DNA of 20,000 nucleotides from Atractiella rhizophila (lineage: Eukaryota). Below are positions 10,292 through 20,000 of the stretch, piece by piece. The notes beneath the pieces are model-generated. The model saw nothing but the letters and a program-made list of their open reading frames with translations, searched no databases and was not told where the DNA came from. The position numbers and the translations under genes are program-made. The stretch lies in contig MU271363.1 of assembly GCA_021432655.1 (NCBI GenBank), forward strand, positions 62,414 to 82,413, in the 5' to 3' direction. Position 1 is the stretch's first letter. Every line of letters begins with the position of its first letter.

Positions 10292-11971
10292 TCACTCCTC
10301 ACCTCCCTCCCGAATCCAGGTACTTTGAATATACTCGCTCACACCAAACTCTCTCAATGTGCTACTAGCCTTGCATATCTCTTCCTCAAGCCAGCCTCCA
10401 AAGAATAGCTGAACCCTCAACTCGCGTCCTCTCGTCGACTTCACCTTTTCAGCACCATCCACCATATCCCCCTCCTCCTTCATCCCCCTGTCCCCAAAGA
10501 ACCAGCAGATGAAGTCTGAGAATACGAACCCTGTGAATTCCCAGTCCACCACACAGTACCGAACCTCTACACGATCTATCGCTTTTGCATTTGTGAGGGT
10601 GTGGAAGAACGCGGGGGAAACAAGGTTTGAAGTTTCCTCACCACCGTCGAGGCGGAGTAGGGTGAGATGTTTGAGGTGTGATAGATCGAGTGGACTAGGT
10701 AGCATGGAGGTCTTTCCAGAAGGCGAGTAGGGGGCGAGCTTGATCTCGGGATGTTTTAGCAGAGGTGGCAGACAGCAGCCTGAGACGGAGGGAGGGAGGG
10801 GACACAGGTTGGAGAGAATCAGCCATGTGAGGGAGAGTGGGAGGGGGAGCGATGGGAGAGGCGGGTATGTGTGAAGCCATAGACTTTTGAGGCCAGATGA
10901 TAATTGAAGGCCTGGTGATGTCGACGAGACAGAGTCCTCCACGTCGCAAGCACTGAAGGTTCTGATCCTGTCACCCATCCTCTGCGTGAAATTCTCGACC
11001 TCAGCCTTCTTCCACTTTCTCAAACCTAGCTCTCCAAAGGTTACGGAATCCAACTTCCTCAAGCCTTCAATCGCATGCAACAAAATCTTCGCCTCCTCTT
11101 CATTCCAAATTGCATTCATTCTCACTAAAGTAACCTTCGGCGAGCCAGCGATGACGTCTTTCGCCATCTCAACGCTGATGTCATTGTCAGGCTGTTTGAT
11201 AAACCAAAGGGATGTCCGCAAATGCCCAGCATTAGGATACGATGTCAAACGAGCATGCAACTCCTTCACAGAAACCTCTTCACTGAAATATGGGACTGAA
11301 ACAGCCTTCCAAAGCTGACAGACGGCAGAAAGTCGCTCGAAGGAAACGAGATATCCAGTACCTTCTATCAGGCTTTCAGATTCATCGAATGAAAGAAACT
11401 CGAAGATGAGTGAGAGGATCTCAGTTGGAAGGTGCGTGATACTGCATAATCTAGTACCTGTAGATCGAGTTGTGGAGAGGGAGAGTTGGATGGTTATCCC
11501 CAGACCGGTGGATGGGATGGTTGATTCCTCCCATTCGCTGAGAGGAATGAAACGGTGTTGCTTCTCGGAGTATAGGGCAACGGGTTCAAAGAGGACCTGA
11601 GAGCGGTTATCTGGAAGATGAAAAGTGCATGTGAAGGGCTTCCGAGACGGGTCCTCCATATCCACGGATGCACGATGTTTGGAATCCCCCAAAGCTGCCG
11701 TAATACTTTCCTCCCCCAAAGTCATGGAAAGGTTCAATGTGTCGTCGCAATCGACTGCATCTTCGAGACCTTCCAGAGAGAAGTAGGACAATTTTGACGG
11801 CCCAACTTCGAACCTCCACAATCGAAGGGGTAAGACCAACGTGATGTGGAGCGTTTGAATAGATGAAGGTAGGCAAGCAAGGAAAGATGGAAGAATGGAG
11901 AGACGTAGCGGACTGCCACGTCGTAAGGTTACTGGGGTAATGAGATGGACCAGTGCGATAGACTCTGTCCC
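10292..11971 (-). CDS. F-box/LRR family paralogue 2, main exon (ORF-track 10292..12115, 607 aa)
   Basis: Long uninterrupted ORF with an F-box-like motif ITHLPTEILSLIFEFL...LSAVCQLWKAVS followed by ~10 LxxLxL-type repeats. It is about 73% identical to paralogue 3 by manual count. The ORF-track start is TTG and the 5' part is probably intronic. Confidence 0.9.
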   Translation of the reverse strand, partial: GTESIALVHLITPVTLRRGSPLRLSILPSFLACLPSSIQTLHITLVLPLRLWRFEVGPSKLSYFSLEGLEDAVDCDDTLNLSMTLGEESITAALGDSKHRASVDMEDPSRKPFTCTFHLPDNRSQVLFEPVALYSEKQHRFIPLSEWEESTIPSTGLGITIQLSLSTTRSTGTRLCSITHLPTEILSLIFEFLSFDESESLIEGTGYLVSFERLSAVCQLWKAVSVPYFSEEVSVKELHARLTSYPNAGHLRTSLWFIKQPDNDISVEMAKDVIAGSPKVTLVRMNAIWNEEEAKILLHAIEGLRKLDSVTFGELGLRKWKKAEVENFTQRMGDRIRTFSACDVEDSVSSTSPGLQLSSGLKSLWLHTYPPLPSLPLPLSLTWLILSNLCPLPPSVSGCCLPPLLKHPEIKLAPYSPSGKTSMLPSPLDLSHLKHLTLLRLDGGEETSNLVSPAFFHTLTNAKAIDRVEVRYCVVDWEFTGFVFSDFICWFFGDRGMKEEGDMVDGAEKVKSTRGRELRVQLFFGGWLEEEICKASSTLREFGVSEYIQSTWIREGGEE

Positions 11972-12089
11972 CTGTCCATCCTTGCGTAAAATCGATGATT
12001 TTCGTTTTTTCACTTTGGGAGATACACACTGGACTAGAGCCCACAAATGCACATTAAACGAGACAACAGGGGGAGAGATCAGATCATGC

Positions 12090-12164
12090 CTGCAGCGCAT
12101 CAGTGCATTGTCCAACTTGAACCATCTCGACGTTCTCCACGCAAGGATCTGGCTGATCAGATAT
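12090..12164 (-). CDS. Putative first exon of paralogue 2 (ISDQPDPCVENVEMVQVGQCTDALQ; first ATG is ATA here, next ATG at 12125)
   Basis: Homologous to 613-690 and 19086-19142 and ends CAG|GCATGA. Confidence 0.4.
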
Positions 12165-12489
12165 CACCAATCGTGAAGATGAAGATCGCATAACCGTTCG
12201 TGGGAGTCGATAGATTAGGCGACCGTTTGCAATTAGGATGGTGTTGGGTGGAAGTAGGCGTCCGGACGTTGAAGGCTTTGGTTCTCTGGCACTGGACTAC
12301 CAGATAGTGTGATCGGAAATCCTAAAATATGTAAAAGAACTGAAATCCTTTGCAATCCTAGTACCTCAATCACACTGCAATTCAAATCAGAGCTAGAGGA
12401 GAGCGCTCTGGTATTGATACTCCGTCCGTAATGATATAATTGTGGGAGGGAAAGCTGAGACAGTTAGGAAGGGCCACTTGCGAGGACAT

Positions 12490-14765
12490 AGATGACATTT
12501 GAGTCAAGACGGGAAACAAGAGGGATGGAGGGCTGAGGCTTAGGAGCACGAGAGCGGCCGACCTAGGCGTCCGCTTGTGGTCCCTGATCCAACACTGCCT
12601 ACATAGCTCTCCTCTTTTCCATCAACCATTTCATTGGTGACCTCCATGCACGAAGCAAGCGTCGGTCGACGGTGATCCATGTAGTGCGAGCCGGAGGGCG
12701 ACAGAAGTTGGAGAATGGGATGGGAGAGAGAATAGGATCGAGGCGGTATAGAACAGAGAGGCATAGAACGGCGACGAGTGAGAGCAGGGGTGAGAAGGAA
12801 CTCGTGAGGCGTCCCTCTGACATCCTACGCCGATTATCGGCCTCCCCCTTCGCTATTCGACTTCCAACCTTCAGTCCACGTTGGACTTCCGAGCTTTCAC
12901 GGAGCTTTCACGGGCTCAGTGGAGGGGTGAGAGACGGTGGAGTGTGAGAGGAGGTAGAGTAAGTGTAGCAGGAAATGGAGCCGCGGAGCAAGGGACCTAG
13001 TGGGCATGTCAGTTAGGACACTTGTAGCAGGGAGAGAGGAAGGGAGAAACGGAATACACTGCAACCAGAACGGAATGCCCCGACGAGGTCAGAACGTGAA
13101 AAAAGGCGGAAGAGTTGGGGGAATGCGGAATGAAGGATGAACCTTGGCGGAGAGGGATGCGAGGTGGAGTGAGAGGGTAAGTGAGGCGAAAGGAGATGGC
13201 GGGGTGGAAAAGGAGCGAGAGAGACGCTGGACGGTCATTCTCCCGTCCTTCTGCGATCGTCCGCCGAACTCGTTCGCTCTTTCCAGAATTTTTGTCACTT
13301 GATAAACCCGTCGCTCTCTGGGTTGATTTTAGATTACAAAGATGATTGAGAAGCTGGACGAGCGATGGTGGAGTGGGAATGCGTTGCTTATGCAATGGTG
13401 GAGAGTTGGCGAAAGACGGTGGCACGACTGGGGGATGGGCGAATGGGCGACGAAGTCTTTCCGTCCTCCTTTTTCACCTCAACTGCGCCGCAATCCAGTT
13501 CTTTGGCCATCACAAGCCACCACTACGCTTCGTGGTTGATTTCGGATGTCTAGGACGAAACAAAGTTGGCTACAGGTGAGGGACGGCGGAAACGTGTTTG
13601 AATAATGTTGGAGAGGTGACACGAGAGATTAGCGGTAGCTTAGAGAAAGCATCCCATGTCTCTCCCATATCCATCGTAATGTTCCACCTGCTGTGTCACT
13701 TTCGTTCTCTGCTTTCGCGATCCGACTTTCAACTTGGCCTTGGCGTTCATTTCGGACGGCATAGAGGTTACTGGAGGGACAAAGGATGATGAGTGGCGAG
13801 AGGAGCACACAGGTGAGGAGAGAGAGACGTCGTAGCGAGAGAATCAACGCGAGGGGGTTACGGGAAGCGGGATAGGTCGGAAGGGGTATTGAGACGGGTG
13901 CAGGATGGCGCTCACTGGGCTCCCGCGTCACCTTTTGCGTCCCGCACTTCCCTCGCACTGCTCTCTTGCTTCGTAGCCTCAGCAGCGAAGGTAAGTAGGG
14001 ACACTGGGAGCGTCGAGCAGTGCTGAAGCGTGAAAGGGCTGCAGGAGGCAGAGTGGCGATGGGTGTGCAGGGTGAGTAGGCGAGGAACCTAATCCTTATG
14101 TCAATAAGCGCAATTGCAAAAAGAGGGAGAAGGGAGGGGAAGGTCACCTCTTTCTCTGGTAACTCTTTGTACTGTATAGGGCCTTTTAACCCTCCCTTGA
14201 TCCAACCATGGGCCCTGTTTCCCACTCTTTTTCGCTCCTTCTTGCCCTGCACTGCCGATCGATTACTTGCTGCTCACACTCTCTTTCGCTGGTTAGCAGT
14301 CCAGGCACTTCCTTTCGGTCAATGCCGTCCGTCATGGTGTCGTGTCGTGCTTTGCTCTCCCTTTCCATCTTTGTCATACTTCACCTTCCATTACGACCCA
14401 TTCTGTTCACAATGCATCTTGAGATCTTCCCTTCCTTCCTCTCGCTGCTTGTCCTTGTCCATTCATCACTTGCTCACACCAGTGCAACCGACTACATCAT
14501 CCTTCGCGTGTGGGAAGGGCACATGAGCAAAAGCGGGCGGTGGAAGGTAGCTACGGCTAAAGAGAATGTGGAGGATAGCGGAGCTGAAGGATGCCGGAGT
14601 AGGCTGAAACAGGAGAGGGACATCAATCCAACCAGAGCGAAGGAGATTGTGGACGGATTGGACGACGCGAAAGAGGTGAGGCGGAGTGGATGACTGCATG
14701 ACAGCTCAGAGCGGGAAGGAGGGAAGACGGCGGAGGGACGGCGGAAGACGTGAGGCACAGCGGTG
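12490..14765. repeat. Intergenic block R, copy C
   Basis: Closely collinear with copy A; for example 14190-14480 versus 2752-3060 share long identical runs. Confidence 0.93.
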
Positions 14766-14809
14766 TGAGATGAGACGTCCCGGTGCGGTTTGTAGTTTCG
14801 GAGGAGGAC

Positions 14810-16535
14810 GAACCGAAAACTCGTTCGCTTTCGCTTTCACCGGTCACATTCGCGACGCGGCGCGTTCCGAATATTGAATGCGCAAGATCTCACCACAGCC
14901 GTCTGTCATCCTTTTCTTCCTGTGCCCAACTTGCAACTCAAATGATGGAAGCAGGATCCACGCAGAGGCGTCTGTGATTCCGACGTCCGCGAATGGGAAG
15001 ATCATGGATTTCAGCGTCAAAGTAGCTATGGTCTATGGTCTTGAGTCATGAAACTGCCTGCGTAGTCGCTCTCCGTTTCTACCTCTCCCCGCTGCCCGTC
15101 TCTCATCCTCTTGCTAAGAAAATGAACATTGTTTGGCCCAAAGTCAAACATCTCAAGAAGGGGAGATCGCGTCGCACTTTAGCCCGGAGAGTGACTTTTA
15201 GGACATCTTACGACTGCACAGCGGCAAGGCATGAGCTATGCCTTCCATCAAGTTCGCCGCTACCCTTCCTTTGTGAGTTTTTCCCATTCTTTTGTCCTCT
15301 TTGTGGTACATGTTTGGGTGCTAACCGCATTGGATGACAGGAGGAACTCTTGAAGGGTTCTAGAAGTTCCGAGACGACCTGTACGACAGCTCCTCTCGTC
15401 TACTCATCTCCCCGATCGCTCACTTATCGTTTCTGTGCTGGAAAGCGCCTACAAACTTCAGGATGTGTGTTCCATTCCCTCTACTCCCATGGAATATCTT
15501 GATTAACGAAACCGAATGGATAGAACGTTTCCCTAAGAGGAGAAGTGATGGCCGGACCGCTCTCCGTGGCAGTCCAAAGTGTGGCACGTGGTAGTCGACC
15601 AAAGCTGGGTTGAACGTCGCCATCTGCGGCTTCGTCTTCCTCCCCCTTCTTCTGCTCTACCGGCAAAAGGAAAATACCAATGGTGTTGTGAAGAGCCGAG
15701 CTAGTAGGAGTAGGAGTCCTCGCACAGGCAGTCAGGAAGGCGTTAGCGCGGTAGAAGGAGAATCGCCGTCGACAGTCATGAGCGGCAGGCTGGCTTCGCA
15801 TATGTATGTGGAATCAGAGACTTTCATGTCCCAAACATGCGTCCAACTCTAACATCTCTTATGCATGGCTTGTCTCACGTTTACGTTTCCTTTGCCCGCC
15901 GTGTTTTGCATTTGTGGTTTAGTGAAGGAGGGAGAGCAGAGGATAGCGTACTCGAGGAAGACGACGGGGATCATGAAGGAGGAGTTCAAGGTTGCATACT
16001 AGGGATTGGAGGGTATCGACCTCCACGTAGACTGCATGGGGGCGAGGTGCGTGTGTCCTTGCTTTCCATCCGACATTTTGAAGATTGATGTACTGATAGT
16101 GATAGATGGACGAGAACAGACGTGCATTCAGGCCGTCTACCTTGTGACCCAAGCCGGAATAGGCAACGAGTTCGTCCCGGCGCCGATCACTGCCATCCTC
16201 ACGAAGGATGTGACCGTCAACAGTTTTTCCAGGTCAGACCTCCCTTCTACCTCTTGCACTATAACTTTGTTCTGACGCTTCGTACTTATTGATTTGCTCA
16301 AGGAATACGAACCAGGTGTTAGGAGCAAGCATTAGGGGGCTCGTAGCCTGCTGAGATGCTCATCACACATCGCTTTATATTCAAAAATGCAACCCGCGCT
16401 TTTAGGACCGCTCAGGTTCGTCTCTCCCTTCTCCTGTGATGTTCTGAGGTTGACACTGGGTGATGCAAGTTTCTAGGAAGCGAAGGCAGAGGATGAAGAG
16501 AACGCAATCACGAGCATGCGTGACGGATACAACGA
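14810..16535 (+). pseudogene. Xylitol/sorbitol dehydrogenase pseudogene, copy 4, near full length
   Basis: Fragments GVCDSDV (14967), NGKIMDFSVKVAMV[7-nt duplication ctatggt]LSHETACVV, PKVKHLKKG, YDCTAARHELC, intron 15273-15340 (GTGAGT..GCTAAC..CAG), EGIDLHVDCMGA and TCIQAVYLVTQAGIGNEFVPAPITAILTKDVTVNSF. Frameshifted, with GHE changed to SHE. Confidence 0.9.
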
Positions 16536-16581
16536 TGACTGAACCTCAAAGAATGCTTAAATGGAACTCTTTGGACAAAGA

Positions 16582-16752
16582 TTAAGGAATGAAGGACAAC
16601 AAGATGGGAACTTTGTACTTCGACAAGGGGCTGAAGGAATTCCATTGTCGGCATTGTTGTACCACGTCTTCGACCTCCGACGGCAGATCCTTCTGTTCCC
16701 CCAATTAGTCCATCGTCGGAACGCAAGAGTCATCGTCAACGGTGAGAACAGC
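16582..16752 (-). pseudogene. Decayed exon of an unknown gene downstream of F-box paralogue 3
   Basis: AVLTVDDDSCVPTMD*LGEQKDLPSEVEDVVQQCRQWNSFSPLSKYKVPILLSFIP*. An acceptor-like gctgatt(c/t)..tgtaaaag lies upstream in both copies. Confidence 0.35.
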
Positions 16753-17293
16753 TTAAGCAAGACCCCACATTGTGACACTCTCGAGGCGGAATTTGATATC
16801 TTAAACCTTTTACAGGGAATCAGCAGAATTGTTTGCATAAAAGTAGACACCCGTGATACACAGCAAGCATCCCCCTCACGAATCCCCTCATACCTATTCA
16901 AGGAACTAAATAATCCTTCCCCCCTGCTCCCCATCCATCATTGTCCATATCCCGCTTCCATAAACTTTGGGAAACCGAATCACTCTGGGCAGTAGGACAT
17001 AGGAAACTTTAACCACATTGGGCTCTAACGGTGCGTGCAGAAGGATTTGGTGCGAACAGGGTTGGGCGAATGTGGTTGAAGATTCCTTGCAACCGTCGAG
17101 CGTGAGGTGTCGGGCATGAGGGAGGAGAGAGATGTGACATCTGATACGATGAATCGCGTTGGGGGATGGATGATCGACGCCGTCCTATACAAATCCCTAT
17201 CATTTGAATTCTGTGTCCAATAGAGAGAGATACGAACTCCACACCTTCTCGTGTCTTCCCTAGACCATGAGTCAAATCTGAGAATCTCCAGCA

Positions 17294-18964
17294 TCACTCC
17301 TCCCCTCCCTCTCGAACCCATGTGAATTTGTCCTCCTCGTCTACAAACTCACTCAACGTGCTCCTTGCCTTGCATATCTCTTCCTCAAGCCAGCCTCCAA
17401 AGAATAGCTGAACCCTCAACCAGCGTCCTCTGGTCGTCTTCACCTTTTCAGCTCCATCTGTCGTATCCCCCTCCTCCTTCACCCCCCTGTCCCCAAAGAA
17501 CCAGCAGATGAACTCTGAGAATACGAACCCTGTGAATCCCCAGTCCACCACACAATACCGAACATCTATGATTTCTATCGCTTTTGCATTTCTTAGGGTG
17601 TGGAAGAACTGGGGGGAAACGAGGCTCGAAGTTTCCTCACCACCGTCGAGTTCGAGGTAGCTGAGATGTTTGAGGTGTGAAAAGTCGAGTTGACTGGGTA
17701 GGATGGAGGTCTTTCCATCAGGCGAGTAGGGGGCGAGGGTGATCTTGAGCCTATCTAGAAGAGGCGGTAGACAGGAACCTGAGACGGAGGGGGGGAGGGG
17801 ACACAGGTTGGAGAGATACAAATCCGTGAGGGTGAGTGGGAGAGAGAGCAATGGGAGAGACGGGTATGTGTGAAGCTCTAGTACTTTGAGGTCAGATGAT
17901 AATTGAAGGCCTGGGGATGTCGACGAGGCAGAGTCCTCGACGTCGAAAGCACGCAAGGTTCTGGTCCTGTCGCCCATCCTCCGTGTAAAACTCTCGACCT
18001 CATCCTTCTTCCACTTTCTCCAACCTTGCTCTCCAAACATTACGTCATCCAACCTCGTCAAGCTTTCAATCGCATGCAACACAATCTTCGCCTCCTCTTC
18101 ATTCCAAATTGCGTCCAAGTACACATTCGTGACATTTGGCGAGCCAGCGATGACGTCTTTCGCCATCTCGACGCTGATGTCATCGTTCCCACTGTCAAAC
18201 AAGAGATATGTACACAAATGCCCAGTATTAGGATAAGCCTTCAAGCGAGCATGCATCTCCTTCGTAGAAACATGTCTACTCAAATATGGGGCTGAAACAG
18301 ATTCCCAAAGCTGACTGACGTCAGAAAGTCGCTCGAAGGCAACAAGATATCCAGTATCTCCTGTGTTTGGAGATTCATCGAATGAAAGAAACTTGAAAAT
18401 GAGTGAGAGGATCTCAGGAGGAAGGTGTGTGATACTGCATAAACTAATACCTGTAGGTTGAGTTGTGGAGAGGGAGAGTTGGATGGTTGTCCCCAGACCG
18501 GTGGATGGGATGGTTGATTCCTCCCATTTGCTGAGAGGAATGAAACAGTTTGTCTCCTCGGAGTATAGGGCAGCGGGTTCAAAGAGGACCTGAGAGCGGT
18601 TATCTGGAAGATGAAAAGTGCATGTGACGGGCTTCTGAGACAGGTCCTCCATATCCACGGATGCAAGATGTTTGGCATCCCCAAAAGTCACCGCAATACC
18701 TTCCTCCTCCAACGCGACGCAAAGAATCACTGCACCGTCAGTTTCAACTTCATTTTCGAGACTTGCCAGGGAGAAGTAGGAAGATTTCGACGGCCCATAC
18801 TTGCGCTTCCAGAATCGAATAGGTAAGACAAATGTGATCCGGAGAATGTGAATTGATGAAGGTAGGCGAGAAAGGAAAGAGGGGAGAATGGAGAGGTGGA
18901 TCGGAGTGCCATGTCGTAATGTTACTGGAGTGATGAGATGGACCAGTGCGATTGCCTCTGTTCC
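17294..18964 (-). CDS. F-box/LRR family paralogue 3, main exon (ORF-track 17294..19006, 570 aa)
   Basis: Long uninterrupted ORF with F-box-like ITHLPPEILSLIFKFL...LSDVSQLWESVS and LRR-like repeats. Indels relative to paralogue 2 are whole codons. The ORF-track start is GTG. Confidence 0.9.
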   Translation of the reverse strand, partial: GTEAIALVHLITPVTLRHGTPIHLSILPSFLSRLPSSIHILRITFVLPIRFWKRKYGPSKSSYFSLASLENEVETDGAVILCVALEEEGIAVTFGDAKHLASVDMEDLSQKPVTCTFHLPDNRSQVLFEPAALYSEETNCFIPLSKWEESTIPSTGLGTTIQLSLSTTQPTGISLCSITHLPPEILSLIFKFLSFDESPNTGDTGYLVAFERLSDVSQLWESVSAPYLSRHVSTKEMHARLKAYPNTGHLCTYLLFDSGNDDISVEMAKDVIAGSPNVTNVYLDAIWNEEEAKIVLHAIESLTRLDDVMFGEQGWRKWKKDEVESFTRRMGDRTRTLRAFDVEDSASSTSPGLQLSSDLKVLELHTYPSLPLLSLPLTLTDLYLSNLCPLPPSVSGSCLPPLLDRLKITLAPYSPDGKTSILPSQLDFSHLKHLSYLELDGGEETSSLVSPQFFHTLRNAKAIEIIDVRYCVVDWGFTGFVFSEFICWFFGDRGVKEEGDTTDGAEKVKTTRGRWLRVQLFFGGWLEEEICKARSTLSEFVDEEDKFTWVREGGEE

Positions 18965-19085
18965 CTGATCATCCTCCCGTGAAATCAATGATTCCTTCTC
19001 TATCACCCCTGGAGAAGATACACAGGACTAAAGCCCACGAATTCATGTTAAACGAGACAAGTGAGGGGGAAAGGTCAGATCATGC

Positions 19086-19142
19086 CTGTAGCGCTTGTGC
19101 AACTTGAACCATCTCAACGTTCTCCGCGCAATGATCAGACAT
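19086..19142 (-). CDS. Putative first exon of paralogue 3 (MSDHCAENVEMVQVAQALQ)
   Basis: ATG at 19142. It has two 9-nt in-frame deletions relative to the other copies and ends CAG|GCATGA. Confidence 0.45.
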
Positions 19143-19529
19143 CACGATCGTGAGGGATGGAGATTGCAAAACCGATCGTGGGAGTCGGATTAGGCGACCG
19201 TTTGCAATTAGGACAGATTAGGATGATGTTGGGTGGAATAAGTCTGCGTCCGGACAATGAAGGCTTTAGTTCTCTAGCACTTGACTACCACATAGTGCCA
19301 CAGGAAATCCTAAAATATGTAAAAGAACTGATATCCTTTACAATACTAGTACCTAAATTACACTGCAATTCCAACGATAACTACAGCAGTACGCTCTGAT
19401 AATGATGCTTCGTTACCTAATGATCCGAATGCGAAAGGGAAGGCTAGATAGGGCTGGGAGAGATAGGGCAGTTAGCAACAGGATGGCAGATGGAGCGGAA
19501 GTCACTTGCATCTCAGCGAGAATATAGGC

Positions 19530-20000
19530 GATGTTCGAGTCAGTAGCGGAGGGCAAGAGGGACGGAGGGCAGAGGCTTAGGAGCATGACAGAGGGGCCGA
19601 CCTAGACATCCTCTTGTGGCTCCTGATCCAACACTGTCCTCAATACCCTCCTCTTTCTTCATCAGGTATTTCATGGTTGACCTTGATGTCACGAAGCAAG
19701 CGCCAGTGGAAGGTAATCCAAGGAGTGCGAGCCGGAATGGGGCGGAAGATGCAGGATGAGGTGGGAGAGAGAATAGCACGGCGGCATGGAACACGGGAGA
19801 GGCATAGCAGGTGAGAGATGCGAAGGAATGCGATCAGAGTGCGAAGAAAGTGCGACGCATCCCTCCGACATCCTCTTGTCACATACCCTCCCTGCTACCC
19901 GACATCCAACCTGCGTGAGGGGGTGGAGTGCAAGAGGACGTGGAGTGAGACTATCAGAAAAGGGGGCAGTGAAGGATCTAGTCTGCATGCCAGTCAGGAC
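19530..20000. repeat. Intergenic block R, copy D (partial; array continues past the window end)
   Basis: gagtcagtagcgg..gggcagaggcttaggagca..ccgacctag..cctgatccaacactg matches 1070-1570. Confidence 0.88.

Larger units (their letters stand above)
10292..17293. repeat. One complete ~7.0-kb tandem duplication unit (F-box/LRR gene + block R + dehydrogenase pseudogene + 3' flank)
   Basis: Sequence from 17294 onward repeats 10292 onward. 9490-10290 matches 16540-17290, and 1-5030 matches ~11480-16500. Confidence 0.93.

Noticed and set aside
12891..12912. 11-nt tandem duplication gagctttcacg x2
   Set aside because: It is private to copy C and looks like ordinary slippage in decayed sequence.
13629..14252. 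207-aa minus-strand ORF and other short ORFs in block R
   Set aside because: The frames are not preserved between copies, and the low-complexity S/L/P/R composition fits skewed non-coding DNA.
1060..14765. RIP-type hypermutation of the repeats
   Set aside because: The copies are not AT-enriched, and CpA/CpG remain common by eye. Not quantified.
1..20000. Unit as a transposon (Helitron, LTR or TIR element) carrying captured genes
   Set aside because: I found no transposase, RT or Rep/helicase motifs, terminal repeats or target-site duplications. A non-autonomous element cannot be fully excluded by eye.
1..20000. CRISPR array or prokaryotic defence/DGR system
   Set aside because: There is no short repeat-spacer periodicity and no RT gene. 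Paralogue differences are not adenine-specific, and spliceosomal intron signals indicate a eukaryote.

Overview
This is eukaryotic DNA, most likely fungal (basidiomycete-like). It has short GT..(G)CTAAC..AG introns, and I see no prokaryotic operons, RNA genes, CRISPR array or transposase. The whole window is a diverged tandem segmental duplication with a unit of about 7.0 kb; the equivalent stop codons at 10292 and 17294 are 7002 bp apart. Each full unit has an intact minus-strand gene for a ~570-aa protein (unknown ~180-aa N-terminal domain, F-box-like motif, atypical leucine-rich repeats). It also has ~2.3 kb of decayed sequence with remnants of unknown minus-strand gene(s), a decayed multi-exon plus-strand xylitol/sorbitol dehydrogenase pseudogene, and a further decayed exon. 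Three F-box/LRR paralogues are present (one cut by the window start). There are four dehydrogenase pseudogene copies, two of them in deleted units that lack the F-box gene. The F-box/LRR frames stay open while their neighbours decay, and differences within the LRR region cluster at the exposed x positions of the LxxLxL strands, suggesting a diversifying recognition family. All alignments were done by eye.
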